Shown: positions 37,966 to 46,605 of the stretch, piece by piece
How positions within the stretch are numbered: position 1 is the stretch's first letter
Layout: each line of letters begins with the position of its first letter
IMG/VR virus record: IMGVR_UViG_3300044624_002493
Span: 1-59,778 of that record
DNA from: a virus
Lineage: Duplodnaviria > Caudoviricetes
Length of the DNA: 59,778 nt
Reading direction: 5' to 3' (one strand)
The notes under the pieces: model-generated
Told to the model about the DNA's origin: nothing
The model's input: only the letters and a program-made list of their open reading frames with translations
Database searches by the model: none
Made by a program: the position numbers and the translations under genes

Positions 37966-38276
37966 AACCCACCGGAAGATTACACATTTATCCGCCCACT
38001 GGCCCCCGCGGCACTGGCTACGTTGTGGCAGATCGACAGGCCCTGCGAGGCCTAGCACAGGCAGCACAGACGGCAAGTGCTGGCAATTTTGGATTTGAAA
38101 CTATAAAATTATACAGTGCCGACGGTCATGAATATGAACTAGTGCTTACTAGTGCGGTGGGCGAAGAAGAATGGCAGACCATAGAAAGCCACTACGCCAA
38201 AGAAATAGTACCTACTGTCTGTACCATACAAGATTATCAAGATCTAAAACAAATAGCCAAAGAAAAAGGGCATTAG
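37962..38276 (+). CDS. Hypothetical protein
   Basis: 104 aa ORF, ATGA-coupled to the DnaE-like gene. Confidence 0.65.
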   Translation: MKPTGRLHIYPPTGPRGTGYVVADRQALRGLAQAAQTASAGNFGFETIKLYSADGHEYELVLTSAVGEEEWQTIESHYAKEIVPTVCTIQDYQDLKQIAKEKGH

Positions 38277-38527
38277 CCCCATTTCTCTTGATACCGTTCT
38301 AAAGCCCGTTTACGGGCCAAAACAAGTCTAAGTTTTATTTCATCTGAAACATCGTCGATTACTTCACCAGTTTGATTAACCAGTTCTGGACGACGATACC
38401 CGACCTGGAACTCTGGAGGTTCGTCATAGTAGTCAGGTTCGTCGTCCTCGAGGCGAAGATTACTTAGCGGCTTTTGCGTCCTTGGCAGGTGCTGTCTTGG
38501 CTTCGCTTTTTGCAGGCGCTTTGGCAT
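38273..38527 (-). CDS. Hypothetical protein, start uncertain
   Basis: The C-terminal 60 aa look protein-like; the only ATG lies inside the upstream gene. Confidence 0.4.
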   Translation of the reverse strand: MPKRLQKAKPRQHLPRTQKPLSNLRLEDDEPDYYDEPPEFQVGYRRPELVNQTGEVIDDVSDEIKLRLVLARKRALERYQEKWG

Positions 38528-38639
38528 CCTTGGCAGGTGCTACAGCGGCTGGCTTAGCTTCTTCTTTCTTGGCAGGTGCTGTCTGAGCGAACGCTGATAC
38601 AGCAAATACACTTGCTACAATTAAAAATATTGATTTCAT
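38460..38639 (-). CDS. Secreted Ala/Lys/Pro-rich peptide (acid-shock Asr-like)
   Basis: Manual translation MKSIFLIVASVFAVSAFA-QTAPAKKEEAKPAAVAPAKDAKAPAKSEAKTAPAKDAKAAK; signal peptide; AAGGA SD. Confidence 0.7.
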   Translation of the reverse strand: MKSIFLIVASVFAVSAFAQTAPAKKEEAKPAAVAPAKDAKAPAKSEAKTAPAKDAKAAK

Positions 38640-38791
38640 TTTGAATTTCCTTTTGAGTTAGATATGCCAGGATGACTACAAGGACCGCTACGACGTTTAT
38701 CACAGTCAGGACATTTCATTCGCAGATATGAATCTTGAGGATAATATCCTGTTTTGGGATCTTTGTGTATCGGTTTTGTATTTGTTAACAT
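38636..38791 (-). CDS. Small hypothetical protein (51 aa, CPDC motif)
   Basis: Manual translation with AGGAGG SD; ATGA overlap with the next gene. Confidence 0.45.
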   Translation of the reverse strand: MLTNTKPIHKDPKTGYYPQDSYLRMKCPDCDKRRSGPCSHPGISNSKGNSK

Positions 38792-38847
38792 AATGCCTCC
38801 TAGCATACTATATTAACGCTTTGAGTTGATATCAAGTTGACAACTGT

Positions 38848-39909
38848 TTACTCTTTTTTGCCAATATATTCGTGACTATAGCAAACACGGTTTGCATCTC
38901 TTAGAGCAATTTGAGCATTTCCACCGTAGCCGGGCATGGCCCTGATCGTGCCGTCTTTGAGTAGATAACTACCTTTTCGACTTTTCTTGTTAGTACTAGT
39001 GGCTCGCCACAATGGTGATTTTTCTCTGTGTTCACCAAAACTAGGATGGGCAGTTTTGCTAAAGTATCGCATGCCCTTGCTGACATACATTTCAGCAATG
39101 GCGTCACTGAACCGTGTACCTATACCCATGCCTTGAAACTCTGGGAGTATAACAGTTCTATGCCCGCGCCAGTACGAATGAATATCTCTATTGGTAGAAT
39201 GTATTGCGGCATGAAATGCAATAGGTTTGTCACCAAGCAAGCCCACATAGCAATGAACACTACGACTCATGCGGGTATCTAGATAGTGATACTTAGAAAA
39301 GTATCGCCACATTTCTGGACTTGTGCCGCGGATGGTGAGTGTAAGTTCTGGTCTGGTCCCCAGTCGAAAGGGTGACCTCCGATTATCTAATACCTGTAGG
39401 TCGGTATCGTACACCCATTCTGGATCTAACCAGTCAATGATATCTCTGTGGCAACTGGCAATGTATAACGGCTCAGTGGTGCCACGTTGATCATAATACT
39501 TACGCACACTATATGCAAGACTTTTGGCAGTGTCTCGGTCTACTACACTGGTAAATTCATCTATCTTGTTGATTCCTTGATCCAAACACATGGCCATTTC
39601 AAAGCGGTGATGCTCACCATTGCTTAAGGTATGTGGTGGCCGGAACCAAGTTGGGATACTACGCAAACCACAGGCCAATAGTAACTCTTCCCCACGCTCA
39701 GGAGTAGAGAAGTTTTCAATAACTGAGTTATAAAATTCAATTTTGGGTTGACCGTGCTCGCCTAGACCACGCAAGATAGTGCTTTTACCACTGCCGCTTG
39801 TACCAACAATCAATACAATACCATCTTGGGGAAGCTCGGGTATTACTACCTTGGCCTCCTTGTAGTCAGCAATGTCGTATTTTCGTTTAATTTCTTCTAG
39901 GTAACTCAT
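38848..39909 (-). CDS. ABC-type ATPase fused to a GNAT acetyltransferase-like domain
   Basis: GTSGSGKST, LSNGE signature, IDEFTSVVDR, ASCH; C-terminal FSKYHYL and RTVILPEFQGMGIG (acyl-CoA binding motif). Confidence 0.85.
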   Translation of the reverse strand: MSYLEEIKRKYDIADYKEAKVVIPELPQDGIVLIVGTSGSGKSTILRGLGEHGQPKIEFYNSVIENFSTPERGEELLLACGLRSIPTWFRPPHTLSNGEHHRFEMAMCLDQGINKIDEFTSVVDRDTAKSLAYSVRKYYDQRGTTEPLYIASCHRDIIDWLDPEWVYDTDLQVLDNRRSPFRLGTRPELTLTIRGTSPEMWRYFSKYHYLDTRMSRSVHCYVGLLGDKPIAFHAAIHSTNRDIHSYWRGHRTVILPEFQGMGIGTRFSDAIAEMYVSKGMRYFSKTAHPSFGEHREKSPLWRATSTNKKSRKGSYLLKDGTIRAMPGYGGNAQIALRDANRVCYSHEYIGKKE

Positions 39910-40463
39910 ACAACTCCAAAAAAGTCAAAGTGCTTGTCTAACGTCCATTCATGTGGATTTTTAATTTCTTGTCCATTGTATGTAGTAAACTTAGCATCGT
40001 CAAACATTTCGTATCTATCAAAGAAATGCCAATAATCAGGGCTACTGCTTACATGCCCTTCTTCACGTAATATATCATCATTGCGGTTACTAATCAAACA
40101 GGTAGGAGTATTTAGAGCTTGTGGCACTGTAAGAACCCCCTGCAATAACATGTCACGTACTTTGGCTGCCGGAATTACATGTTCAAATATGCAATTACTT
40201 TTATCTACGCCAACCTGAATATAATGACTGCCTATGCTACCTTCAATTGCATAGCCATGATATCGTCGTACCCAATGATCCATGCTGTCGCGCAATAATC
40301 TAGCAGTCTGACCGGCTGTAGTTAACTGCTTGTACATACCCACCAACCGGTCTAACTCACTCACAGTTAGTTCATAGGTTTCATTGTAAGACGTTTCACC
40401 ACGTTGTACACGACTATAACTTACAGGTTGAAAGCTCTCAACTAGTTCTTTGGTAATAGGCAT
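39906..40463 (-). CDS. Hypothetical protein with EHxxP (HNH-like) motif
   Basis: CIFEHVIPA followed by a TCLISNRND segment. Confidence 0.6.
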   Translation of the reverse strand: MPITKELVESFQPVSYSRVQRGETSYNETYELTVSELDRLVGMYKQLTTAGQTARLLRDSMDHWVRRYHGYAIEGSIGSHYIQVGVDKSNCIFEHVIPAAKVRDMLLQGVLTVPQALNTPTCLISNRNDDILREEGHVSSSPDYWHFFDRYEMFDDAKFTTYNGQEIKNPHEWTLDKHFDFFGVV

Positions 40464-41537
40464 TATACTAGTCCTTTCAAGGCAGGTTTAACGCTATCAC
40501 ACACATTATTACGCCCGTCACCATCGGGCAAAATACCCAGTCCGTGTCCTTTGGTGGGTAGGGTTAATTTGCCGCCGTGTAACTTATACATCTCACGCAT
40601 AAACTTGCTCATACCATCTGGAGCAGACCAGTTACCTACTGCAAAAGCCCATTGATCTTTGGCCATTTTATGCACCACATGACTATCGTTAAATGTTCGA
40701 GCCACTCCATCACGCAGGACTTCAATCATCCAATCCTTGGGCTGATTTACTGTGAGTTCGGTATTAAGACTTGCCATCTGCATAAGCCCAATGAACACGC
40801 CTTGGTCGATTTCATCTTGATTAGGAAACACTGTGCGAATTGCTTTGAGAATGTTGTTAAGCGTTTTGCCCGACGGGGTCTTGTTTCATACATTTGATAG
40901 AACTGTCAAAGTGGCTATACCAATAAAAATTTGGCCCACACTTGCCTGGGCTTTCTCGATGACTTTTTTCTTGCAAATCAACTTCATTGGCATCAAATTG
41001 ATCTTGCAGTTTGCGAGCTGTTAATACTTCCCTGTCTTCACTGCCTTTGGTAAACAAGTGCAAACGAATACGATGTAGGTCTGGTTTGCCAATTTTTTTA
41101 ATACCAGAGTCATTAAGAATTTCAAATGCTTCGCTGGCAAAACGATCGTTGTCGGTTTCAACATAACAAGCAGGCACCTCAGTATAACCCAGGATCCACA
41201 TGGCCAGCATGCGATGTTGACCATCATAGGCATAGTAACGACTTGGGAATTTGCTCTTGGGCAGTCTTACGCAACTTGCAGCACCAACAATTCTTGGATC
41301 AAATTTACGAATAATATTAAGAACGTGTTTAACAATTACGTCACGTTGAACTTCGTAATCAATCCAAATTGAATCAAAATTTAATAGTGCAAGTCCGATT
41401 GGAAATCCGTATCCGGTAGATTTAATACGAGTTTGAATACGAGCAAGTTCTTTGTCTGTGAAACCGTGATTCTCTCTGAGATCTGCAAGAGTTTCTTTGG
41501 CAACATCTGACAAGAGGCGCGATAATCGCTTAGTCAT
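40463..41537 (-). pseudogene. DGQHR/ParB-like protein split by a +1 frameshift (pseudogene, programmed shift or sequence error)
   Basis: IDYEVQRD...FDPR...YDGQHR in 40857-41537. Removing one base of the 4-G run at 40875-40878 joins it in frame (QDPSGKTLNNILKAIRTVFPNQDE) to ORF 40463-40831. Confidence 0.7.
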
Positions 41538-41581
41538 AATAGTCCTTAGGTAAAATGGTTAAATTTTATACTGCAAACTAT

Positions 41582-41610
41582 ATTATAAAAGAAAACAACT
41601 TTTTGGTCAA
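41582..41610 (-). promoter_or_regulatory. sigma70-like promoter
   Basis: TTGACC-N17-TATAAT upstream of the DGQHR gene. Confidence 0.65.
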
Positions 41611-41611
41611 C

Positions 41612-42148
41612 CTACTTTAACAAGTCTAAAAGTTCTTGATACGTAAGGGTTTTTATTAGAAATCTGTCCAAATGTGTTTGCAGAGTTTGGTGAGTAATGT
41701 GGAATTGTCCTTCTCCAACATTGCCTTTGTGTTGTTTATCACCGTAACCAATGGACGAATCAATCTCTGCGGGCAGTATGGTAAAGATCTTGACCACGTC
41801 ATCAAAGAACATACCGTAATACAATTGATCAAATTCTGCACGTTTGACCTGCTGTATGTTGCAAGCAAATTGATTGGTTGCCCATTGACCGAATGCCACT
41901 CGACGATCTGATGCAATTTCACGTGATAGGATTTCTAAAATTTTATCTTCGTTTAGCTTTTCCAATGATCGTTGCACTGTGCTAAACTTGACTTCAATTC
42001 GTTGACCGGTGGGTGTGTTCCAAAGATCATGGTGACGACTGCGAGGCTTATCAAACTGATAAAGTCGTTTGATCATAATCTCGGCTAGTCTTCCTAACCG
42101 GCGAGTGTTGATTGTAAAAATTATATCACGTAATTGTTCTGGAGTCAT
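41612..42148 (-). CDS. Putative PD-(D/E)xK restriction-like endonuclease
   Basis: GRLAE helix, HDL, IEVKFS pattern. Confidence 0.55.
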   Translation of the reverse strand: MTPEQLRDIIFTINTRRLGRLAEIMIKRLYQFDKPRSRHHDLWNTPTGQRIEVKFSTVQRSLEKLNEDKILEILSREIASDRRVAFGQWATNQFACNIQQVKRAEFDQLYYGMFFDDVVKIFTILPAEIDSSIGYGDKQHKGNVGEGQFHITHQTLQTHLDRFLIKTLTYQELLDLLK

Positions 42149-42164
42149 AAAAGTTAATAAAAAT

Positions 42165-42368
42165 GCTCTACCCCTCCCGGCGGTCCTGTTGTTCTATACT
42201 CATCAGGTTGGGCGATAGCCCTCAGCTGAGACTAGTACGAAAGAACTCATCCGCTACACGACGGAGGGTGCTATCGTGTTGCCAACGCCAGTTAGGTTAG
42301 ACTGGGACCACCCGTGGCAGTCACGCCACTATCATGCGGGTCGCACTATCCGCTGACTAGGCGGTCAA
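42165..42368 (-). ncRNA. Candidate GC-rich multi-stem ncRNA with possible pseudoknot
   Basis: About 200 nt intergenic, GC-rich versus its flanks, at least six stems; G-U pairs favour the minus strand. Confidence 0.6.
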
Positions 42369-42371
42369 AAA

Positions 42372-42707
42372 CTACACAATAACCGACTGACCAACTTCAA
42401 GTCGGTTACTATAAAAACATTCACCACGACTACGAATTAAGTCTGCAAATCCTTGCGGATCACGCCTGAACATATCTTGAATGTTCTCTTCGGTTATGCC
42501 TTCCTCTACTGCAAAATAATAGATCTCATAGTGCCGTTGAGTATTAAATTGTGCTCGTAGCCTTAAATGGAACGGATTAGCGTAAGCGTGTCTAGGACTA
42601 TCTCGTCCTTGCAACTTTTCCCACATAACCCGTTGATCATCAGCAGTAATGTCGGCCACATATTCTAAACCTTCGTTGCACCACATGACAATAAACGTAT
42701 GATCCAT
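42372..42707 (-). CDS. Hypothetical phage protein
   Basis: MWCNEGLE, LRAQFN.QRHYEIY motifs; coupled to the upstream gene. Confidence 0.7.
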   Translation of the reverse strand: MDHTFIVMWCNEGLEYVADITADDQRVMWEKLQGRDSPRHAYANPFHLRLRAQFNTQRHYEIYYFAVEEGITEENIQDMFRRDPQGFADLIRSRGECFYSNRLEVGQSVIV

Positions 42708-42898
42708 TACTGTAATACATTGCCTTCGATGCCGTCGAACACACTACATCCACGAGCTTCTGCTTCCTCCATCAATTTGGCTGTACTAGCATCGCAAGCA
42801 ATTTCAAACAACTCATCAATCTCATCTTGGGTCAAGTAGTATTCTGGAATCTGTCCTGCTAATACTGCTTCAGCTACCATTAAACGATCCTCGGTCAT
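42707..42898 (-). CDS. Small acidic hypothetical protein
   Basis: 63 aa ORF with AGGAG SD. Confidence 0.6.
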   Translation of the reverse strand: MTEDRLMVAEAVLAGQIPEYYLTQDEIDELFEIACDASTAKLMEEAEARGCSVFDGIEGNVLQ

Positions 42899-43433
42899 TG
42901 AGTTTCTCCTGTAGTTCGTTAAAAAATTCTATGGCCAAATCAAATGCCACTAATGCTTCATCTACAATGTCTGTGGACAGTTTGGCGTCCAGGGCTTTGA
43001 TCAACGCCGGACGATCTTCAAATCCGTAGCACTTGCCACTACCCGGTACTTTCTTGGCAATAATTTTGCCACCGTACATATCGCCCATGTGCCTGACATA
43101 TACATGTGCAAGAATTTGACTTTTGTCAGTGTAGTACAGATGTACAATGCGTTCACACCACTTTTTAATACTGGGTAGGGGTTCTTCGGTGACATTATAC
43201 CCCAATTCTTTAAGATCTTCACGCATGTAATCAGCACGTTTGATATCCGGTAAATCGTGTAACAGGTGACTGATTTCGGCAAAATATTCAATGTTGCGAT
43301 ATACCAATTCCATCTGTTGTAAAAACACAGCATAGTCATCTGCGGTTATATTACCATGTAACATGTACTGAACAAAGGGCGTGGCTTCGGCGGCTCTGTG
43401 TTTTTCGTTGGTGTAGTTGCGTAAGATGCTCAT
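42870..43433 (-). CDS. Heme oxygenase (biliverdin-producing type)
   Basis: LR..T...H..AE, AHVYVRHMGDMYGGKII, EALVAF. Confidence 0.88.
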   Translation of the reverse strand: MSILRNYTNEKHRAAEATPFVQYMLHGNITADDYAVFLQQMELVYRNIEYFAEISHLLHDLPDIKRADYMREDLKELGYNVTEEPLPSIKKWCERIVHLYYTDKSQILAHVYVRHMGDMYGGKIIAKKVPGSGKCYGFEDRPALIKALDAKLSTDIVDEALVAFDLAIEFFNELQEKLNDRGSFNGS

Positions 43434-43594
43434 TCCTGTTCTACCGCCCAAAATCTAAAATCAAAGCTGTCTTGCAAACAGGTAAATTCATCACCTGTGG
43501 TATTTTTGTATCGCACCCAGGCCTTGTGATCCACAATATAGCGTTCTATCACATAGAAAAAACGTGAGTGCCCGTCGGTATAAACTATAGCCAT
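43430..43594 (-). CDS. Small hypothetical protein
   Basis: MAIVYTDGH..., TAATG-coupled start. Confidence 0.5.
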   Translation of the reverse strand: MAIVYTDGHSRFFYVIERYIVDHKAWVRYKNTTGDEFTCLQDSFDFRFWAVEQE

Positions 43595-43944
43595 TAAAAT
43601 TGTGCCCGGGCCAGTCTTTGTGCTCGATGATTTTCCCAACTGTTATCTAGGTCGACGCTGTCGCGGAAAAACTTATTGTAAGCTCGGTCTGAGATTCCGT
43701 GCCCGGTGTATTCGGCTCGTTCGTAGTAATTGTAATCCACAGTCCAGCGTGGAATAATAGTAACCATAGCATCTGCATCATGCAAGATGGGCAACTGGCG
43801 CCATTGAAACAATAACCGTTCTACAGCACTGGCCCAATATTGTTTTGCCCAGGTACTTTTAGCACCGGCTAGACTTTTGCGAGCAGCATCTAATCTACGT
43901 CCCAATACTTCGGCTTCTTCACCTAAAAATCGATATGATTTCAT
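43594..43944 (-). CDS. Hypothetical protein
   Basis: AGGAG SD; promoter TTGACA-N18-TATAAT at 43974-44003. Confidence 0.7.
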   Translation of the reverse strand: MKSYRFLGEEAEVLGRRLDAARKSLAGAKSTWAKQYWASAVERLLFQWRQLPILHDADAMVTIIPRWTVDYNYYERAEYTGHGISDRAYNKFFRDSVDLDNSWENHRAQRLARAQF

Positions 43945-44004
43945 GTTTACTCCTGTAGTTGGTATATGCTATTATTATAACTAAAACGGTAGTTTAGTGT
44001 CAAC

Positions 44005-44241
44005 CTAAGACCATTTCATAACAAACGCCAGATAATCTCGTTCGTCATCAAAATAAAATATATAACGCCCAGGTTTTTGGTCACTGCTGACTTCTACCAA
44101 TTGCCAGCGCCATTCATCAACCAATTCACTTTTACACCAGTCAAGCACATGTTCTACTTCGCCAAATCGTTTGGTAATTTCCTGTGCGTGATTAAAACTA
44201 GCACGATCACGATGCCATTCTACAGGACTTTTTAGGAGCAT
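44005..44241 (-). CDS. Hypothetical protein
   Basis: Ends YIFYFDDERDYLAFVMKWS; start placed at MLLKSP. Confidence 0.6.
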   Translation of the reverse strand: MLLKSPVEWHRDRASFNHAQEITKRFGEVEHVLDWCKSELVDEWRWQLVEVSSDQKPGRYIFYFDDERDYLAFVMKWS

Positions 44242-44624
44242 AGTTCCATGGGTTGGTTGATACCCCAAAATTGGTAACTTTCTTGTATGTCTTGGACATA
44301 GCCCAAACTCGGTCGGCCGCTTTTGGGATCAGTCATTTCATAAAAGAAAAACTGTACGCCATCTTGAATCCATGTGCGTTTTGTGTAGTAACTGGGATAA
44401 CCCTCAAACGCATCCAATGCCATCTCACAATCGGGAGTAATTTCCCACAACACTCCACCCACGCTTGTGCCAGTCTGGGGTTCGATGGTAGCATGACTGT
44501 ATAACTTTAGTTGCCAGTCTCTGAGAACAAATGTACCTTTGGCCAAGGCTTGAGGACAACGCCAGCTCATGTTTTCTGGATGCATGTTTGCGCCATAAGC
44601 AAAATAAAGTTGTCGTTCTAACAT
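44232..44624 (-). CDS. Gamma-glutamylcyclotransferase (GGCT/AIG2-like)
   Basis: YFAYGANM, RCPQA, GVLWEI, LDAFEGYP..Y, PS..Y. Confidence 0.85.
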   Translation of the reverse strand: MLERQLYFAYGANMHPENMSWRCPQALAKGTFVLRDWQLKLYSHATIEPQTGTSVGGVLWEITPDCEMALDAFEGYPSYYTKRTWIQDGVQFFFYEMTDPKSGRPSLGYVQDIQESYQFWGINQPMELCS

Positions 44625-44839
44625 ACTGCCTCAGAAAATTTGAGTTTAAAAAGTAATGCGTCTTTTTCATTGCAAAAACTCCATGTCATAGAATGTTCGC
44701 TGATATCTGTTATATATCTGTTGCCCGGAAGACCAAATAATTCTACAGCATTAGCGCACAAGGTATCCCAATAATACATGGGATTTTGTCGATCCGTCCA
44801 GGGCACTGTGCAATGATAGATATACTTAGGCTCTCTCAA
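44618..44839 (-). CDS. Hypothetical protein
   Basis: ELFGLPGNRY...F.NEKDALLFKLKF. Confidence 0.6.
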   Translation of the reverse strand: MREPKYIYHCTVPWTDRQNPMYYWDTLCANAVELFGLPGNRYITDISEHSMTWSFCNEKDALLFKLKFSEAVC

Positions 44840-45077
44840 GATATGTTTTCTTTATATACGCATCGGCCCACTCTACGCCGCCAGTGTTATAGTACAAGTG
44901 ATTGTCTTGAATGTTAAACCTATTGCAAAAACTTTGCCCATAGCGTTGACCATGTAGGGCTTCCCAAGTATAATCTTGTCGCCAAATGTCATAGTCTTCT
45001 TTATTGATTAACGGCACTGGTTCTCCTGGAGAATTAGCAAAAGCTACAATTTGTTCAAATGCGTTATGTCCTATCAT
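44826..45077 (-). CDS. Hypothetical protein
   Basis: 83 aa ORF, RYGQSFCN motif. Confidence 0.6.
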   Translation of the reverse strand: MIGHNAFEQIVAFANSPGEPVPLINKEDYDIWRQDYTWEALHGQRYGQSFCNRFNIQDNHLYYNTGGVEWADAYIKKTYLERA

Positions 45078-45080
45078 ATA

Positions 45081-45578
45081 CTATTTTAACACGCTTTCTC
45101 CATTGTTGTCAACTTCCGTCCAGGTGTAATCCCCTAACCATTTTACACGGCAAACATATTCATAATAGTCTGGTTTAGCAGTGGTCCATTCATCCGGTCC
45201 GGTTTGAACTAAGATGGTGCCACCATGCCTATGATCACGGGCCAACCAATAGCATTGACCATGATAAATCTGGAATGAGTATTTGGCCGCATGTACAAGG
45301 TCGGTTATATCCAGACGTTTGCGAACTTCATCTGCTTGGCGTTGTAGTACCTCAACCAATTCCATAATACGACGGTATTCTTGGTGGCCGTGCATTCGGG
45401 CCACATTGACCATAATATCTTTTTGCTTTTCGACCGGAATAAGATCAAAACTAGGACCACTTACTTCGGTCGGATAAGGTGTTACATTTCGGTTGAAGAA
45501 CTGTATTAGCTCGCCAGAACTGGTTGAATCGTAACTGTCTCGACCATCAGCTGAGTTAGGTTTATCTTTGTCCGACAT
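45081..45578 (-). CDS. DUF2452-like hypothetical protein
   Basis: PYPTEVSGP.F, coiled coil, A.YSF....GQ.Y.L, P.EW, DYTW. Confidence 0.6.
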   Translation of the reverse strand: MSDKDKPNSADGRDSYDSTSSGELIQFFNRNVTPYPTEVSGPSFDLIPVEKQKDIMVNVARMHGHQEYRRIMELVEVLQRQADEVRKRLDITDLVHAAKYSFQIYHGQCYWLARDHRHGGTILVQTGPDEWTTAKPDYYEYVCRVKWLGDYTWTEVDNNGESVLK

Positions 45579-46228
45579 CAATCCCAAAGTGCTTCGTAGT
45601 ATTTTCCAAACAAGCGGAAGCCATTGCGTTTACGCTCTAACCAAACTTGATGCCCGTCTTTGTCATACTTAACTTTACTTACTCCTTCGTTTAAATCATC
45701 TAACCACTTGTCATGCTTGGTATCAGCTTCATAAGCACTGTGATCAAAGAATTGACTGTCTGCATCATCCTTGACCTTTTGTTCAAATGCCCAGATCATT
45801 TCATCTAAGATCCAATCCCAACGCATGAAGTGTAGGCTGTCAGTGTCCCACTCGTTCTCTTTGGGTTGTGCCATATAGCTACGCAAGTATTCAGGAACAT
45901 CTTCGTCATCGGTGCACGGTGCACCGTGCTTGGTAGCCCGTAATTGTTTGAGTCCAGGAAGAATGATGTCGGCTAGGGTGTGATCAAATGACCAGGTATC
46001 CCAGGGATCAAGTCGTACATAGTTCCATCGTGGATGCACAAAATCTAAAACGGCCATCCATGCTGTACAAATAGGATTTAAAAAGTTAACCCATTTAACA
46101 TAGGGATTGTTAGGCTCGTCTTTGAGATTGTAGATACGGTCTTCATCCTTCTCCCAAAAACACACAGCCTTGAGAATTGTGTAAGGTGAGATCCAGTGAT
46201 TTCGATATTTTGAGCTCCAAACTTTCAT
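45578..46228 (-). CDS. Hypothetical phage protein
   Basis: DPWDTWSFDHTLA.II.P.L, WDWILDEMIWAF, GFRLFGKYYEALWD; start placed at MKVWSS. Confidence 0.75.
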   Translation of the reverse strand: MKVWSSKYRNHWISPYTILKAVCFWEKDEDRIYNLKDEPNNPYVKWVNFLNPICTAWMAVLDFVHPRWNYVRLDPWDTWSFDHTLADIILPGLKQLRATKHGAPCTDDEDVPEYLRSYMAQPKENEWDTDSLHFMRWDWILDEMIWAFEQKVKDDADSQFFDHSAYEADTKHDKWLDDLNEGVSKVKYDKDGHQVWLERKRNGFRLFGKYYEALWD

Positions 46229-46605
46229 TCCAATCCCTTTTCTTTTATACCAGCTACCAACCACTCAGTTAATGGCTCACCCTGTGTGCAACGTATCTTC
46301 AACATACGGCCATCCATAAACAAGGCCCGGTATTCTTCTTGATCCTCGTCAGATCTGTAATAATAAAAACGTATTTCACCATCAAAATCATCGCAACGTA
46401 CCCAACGCTCGTTGCTTTGTACTAAGGTTCCTCCAAGGAACCCATCCTCACTGTCGATCCATTCTGCATCGTATTCTTCGTGCCACAAATACCAATGACC
46501 ACTGTCTTGATCCTGTTCTATCTTGTAATTATCCAGAGTTTGTAGCGGAGTATCTTTAGTTTGATACTGACGGCCCCGATACTCGAGATTGTCGAACATG
46601 CCCAT
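46225..46605 (-). CDS. Hypothetical phage protein
   Basis: MGMFD...YQTKD...F.GEIRFY pattern. Confidence 0.7.
   Translation of the reverse strand: MGMFDNLEYRGRQYQTKDTPLQTLDNYKIEQDQDSGHWYLWHEEYDAEWIDSEDGFLGGTLVQSNERWVRCDDFDGEIRFYYYRSDEDQEEYRALFMDGRMLKIRCTQGEPLTEWLVAGIKEKGLE

Noticed and set aside
42185-42250. Hammerhead ribozyme suggested by CUGAUGAG on the minus strand
   Set aside because: No correctly placed stem II followed by GAAA, and no stem III/UH site.
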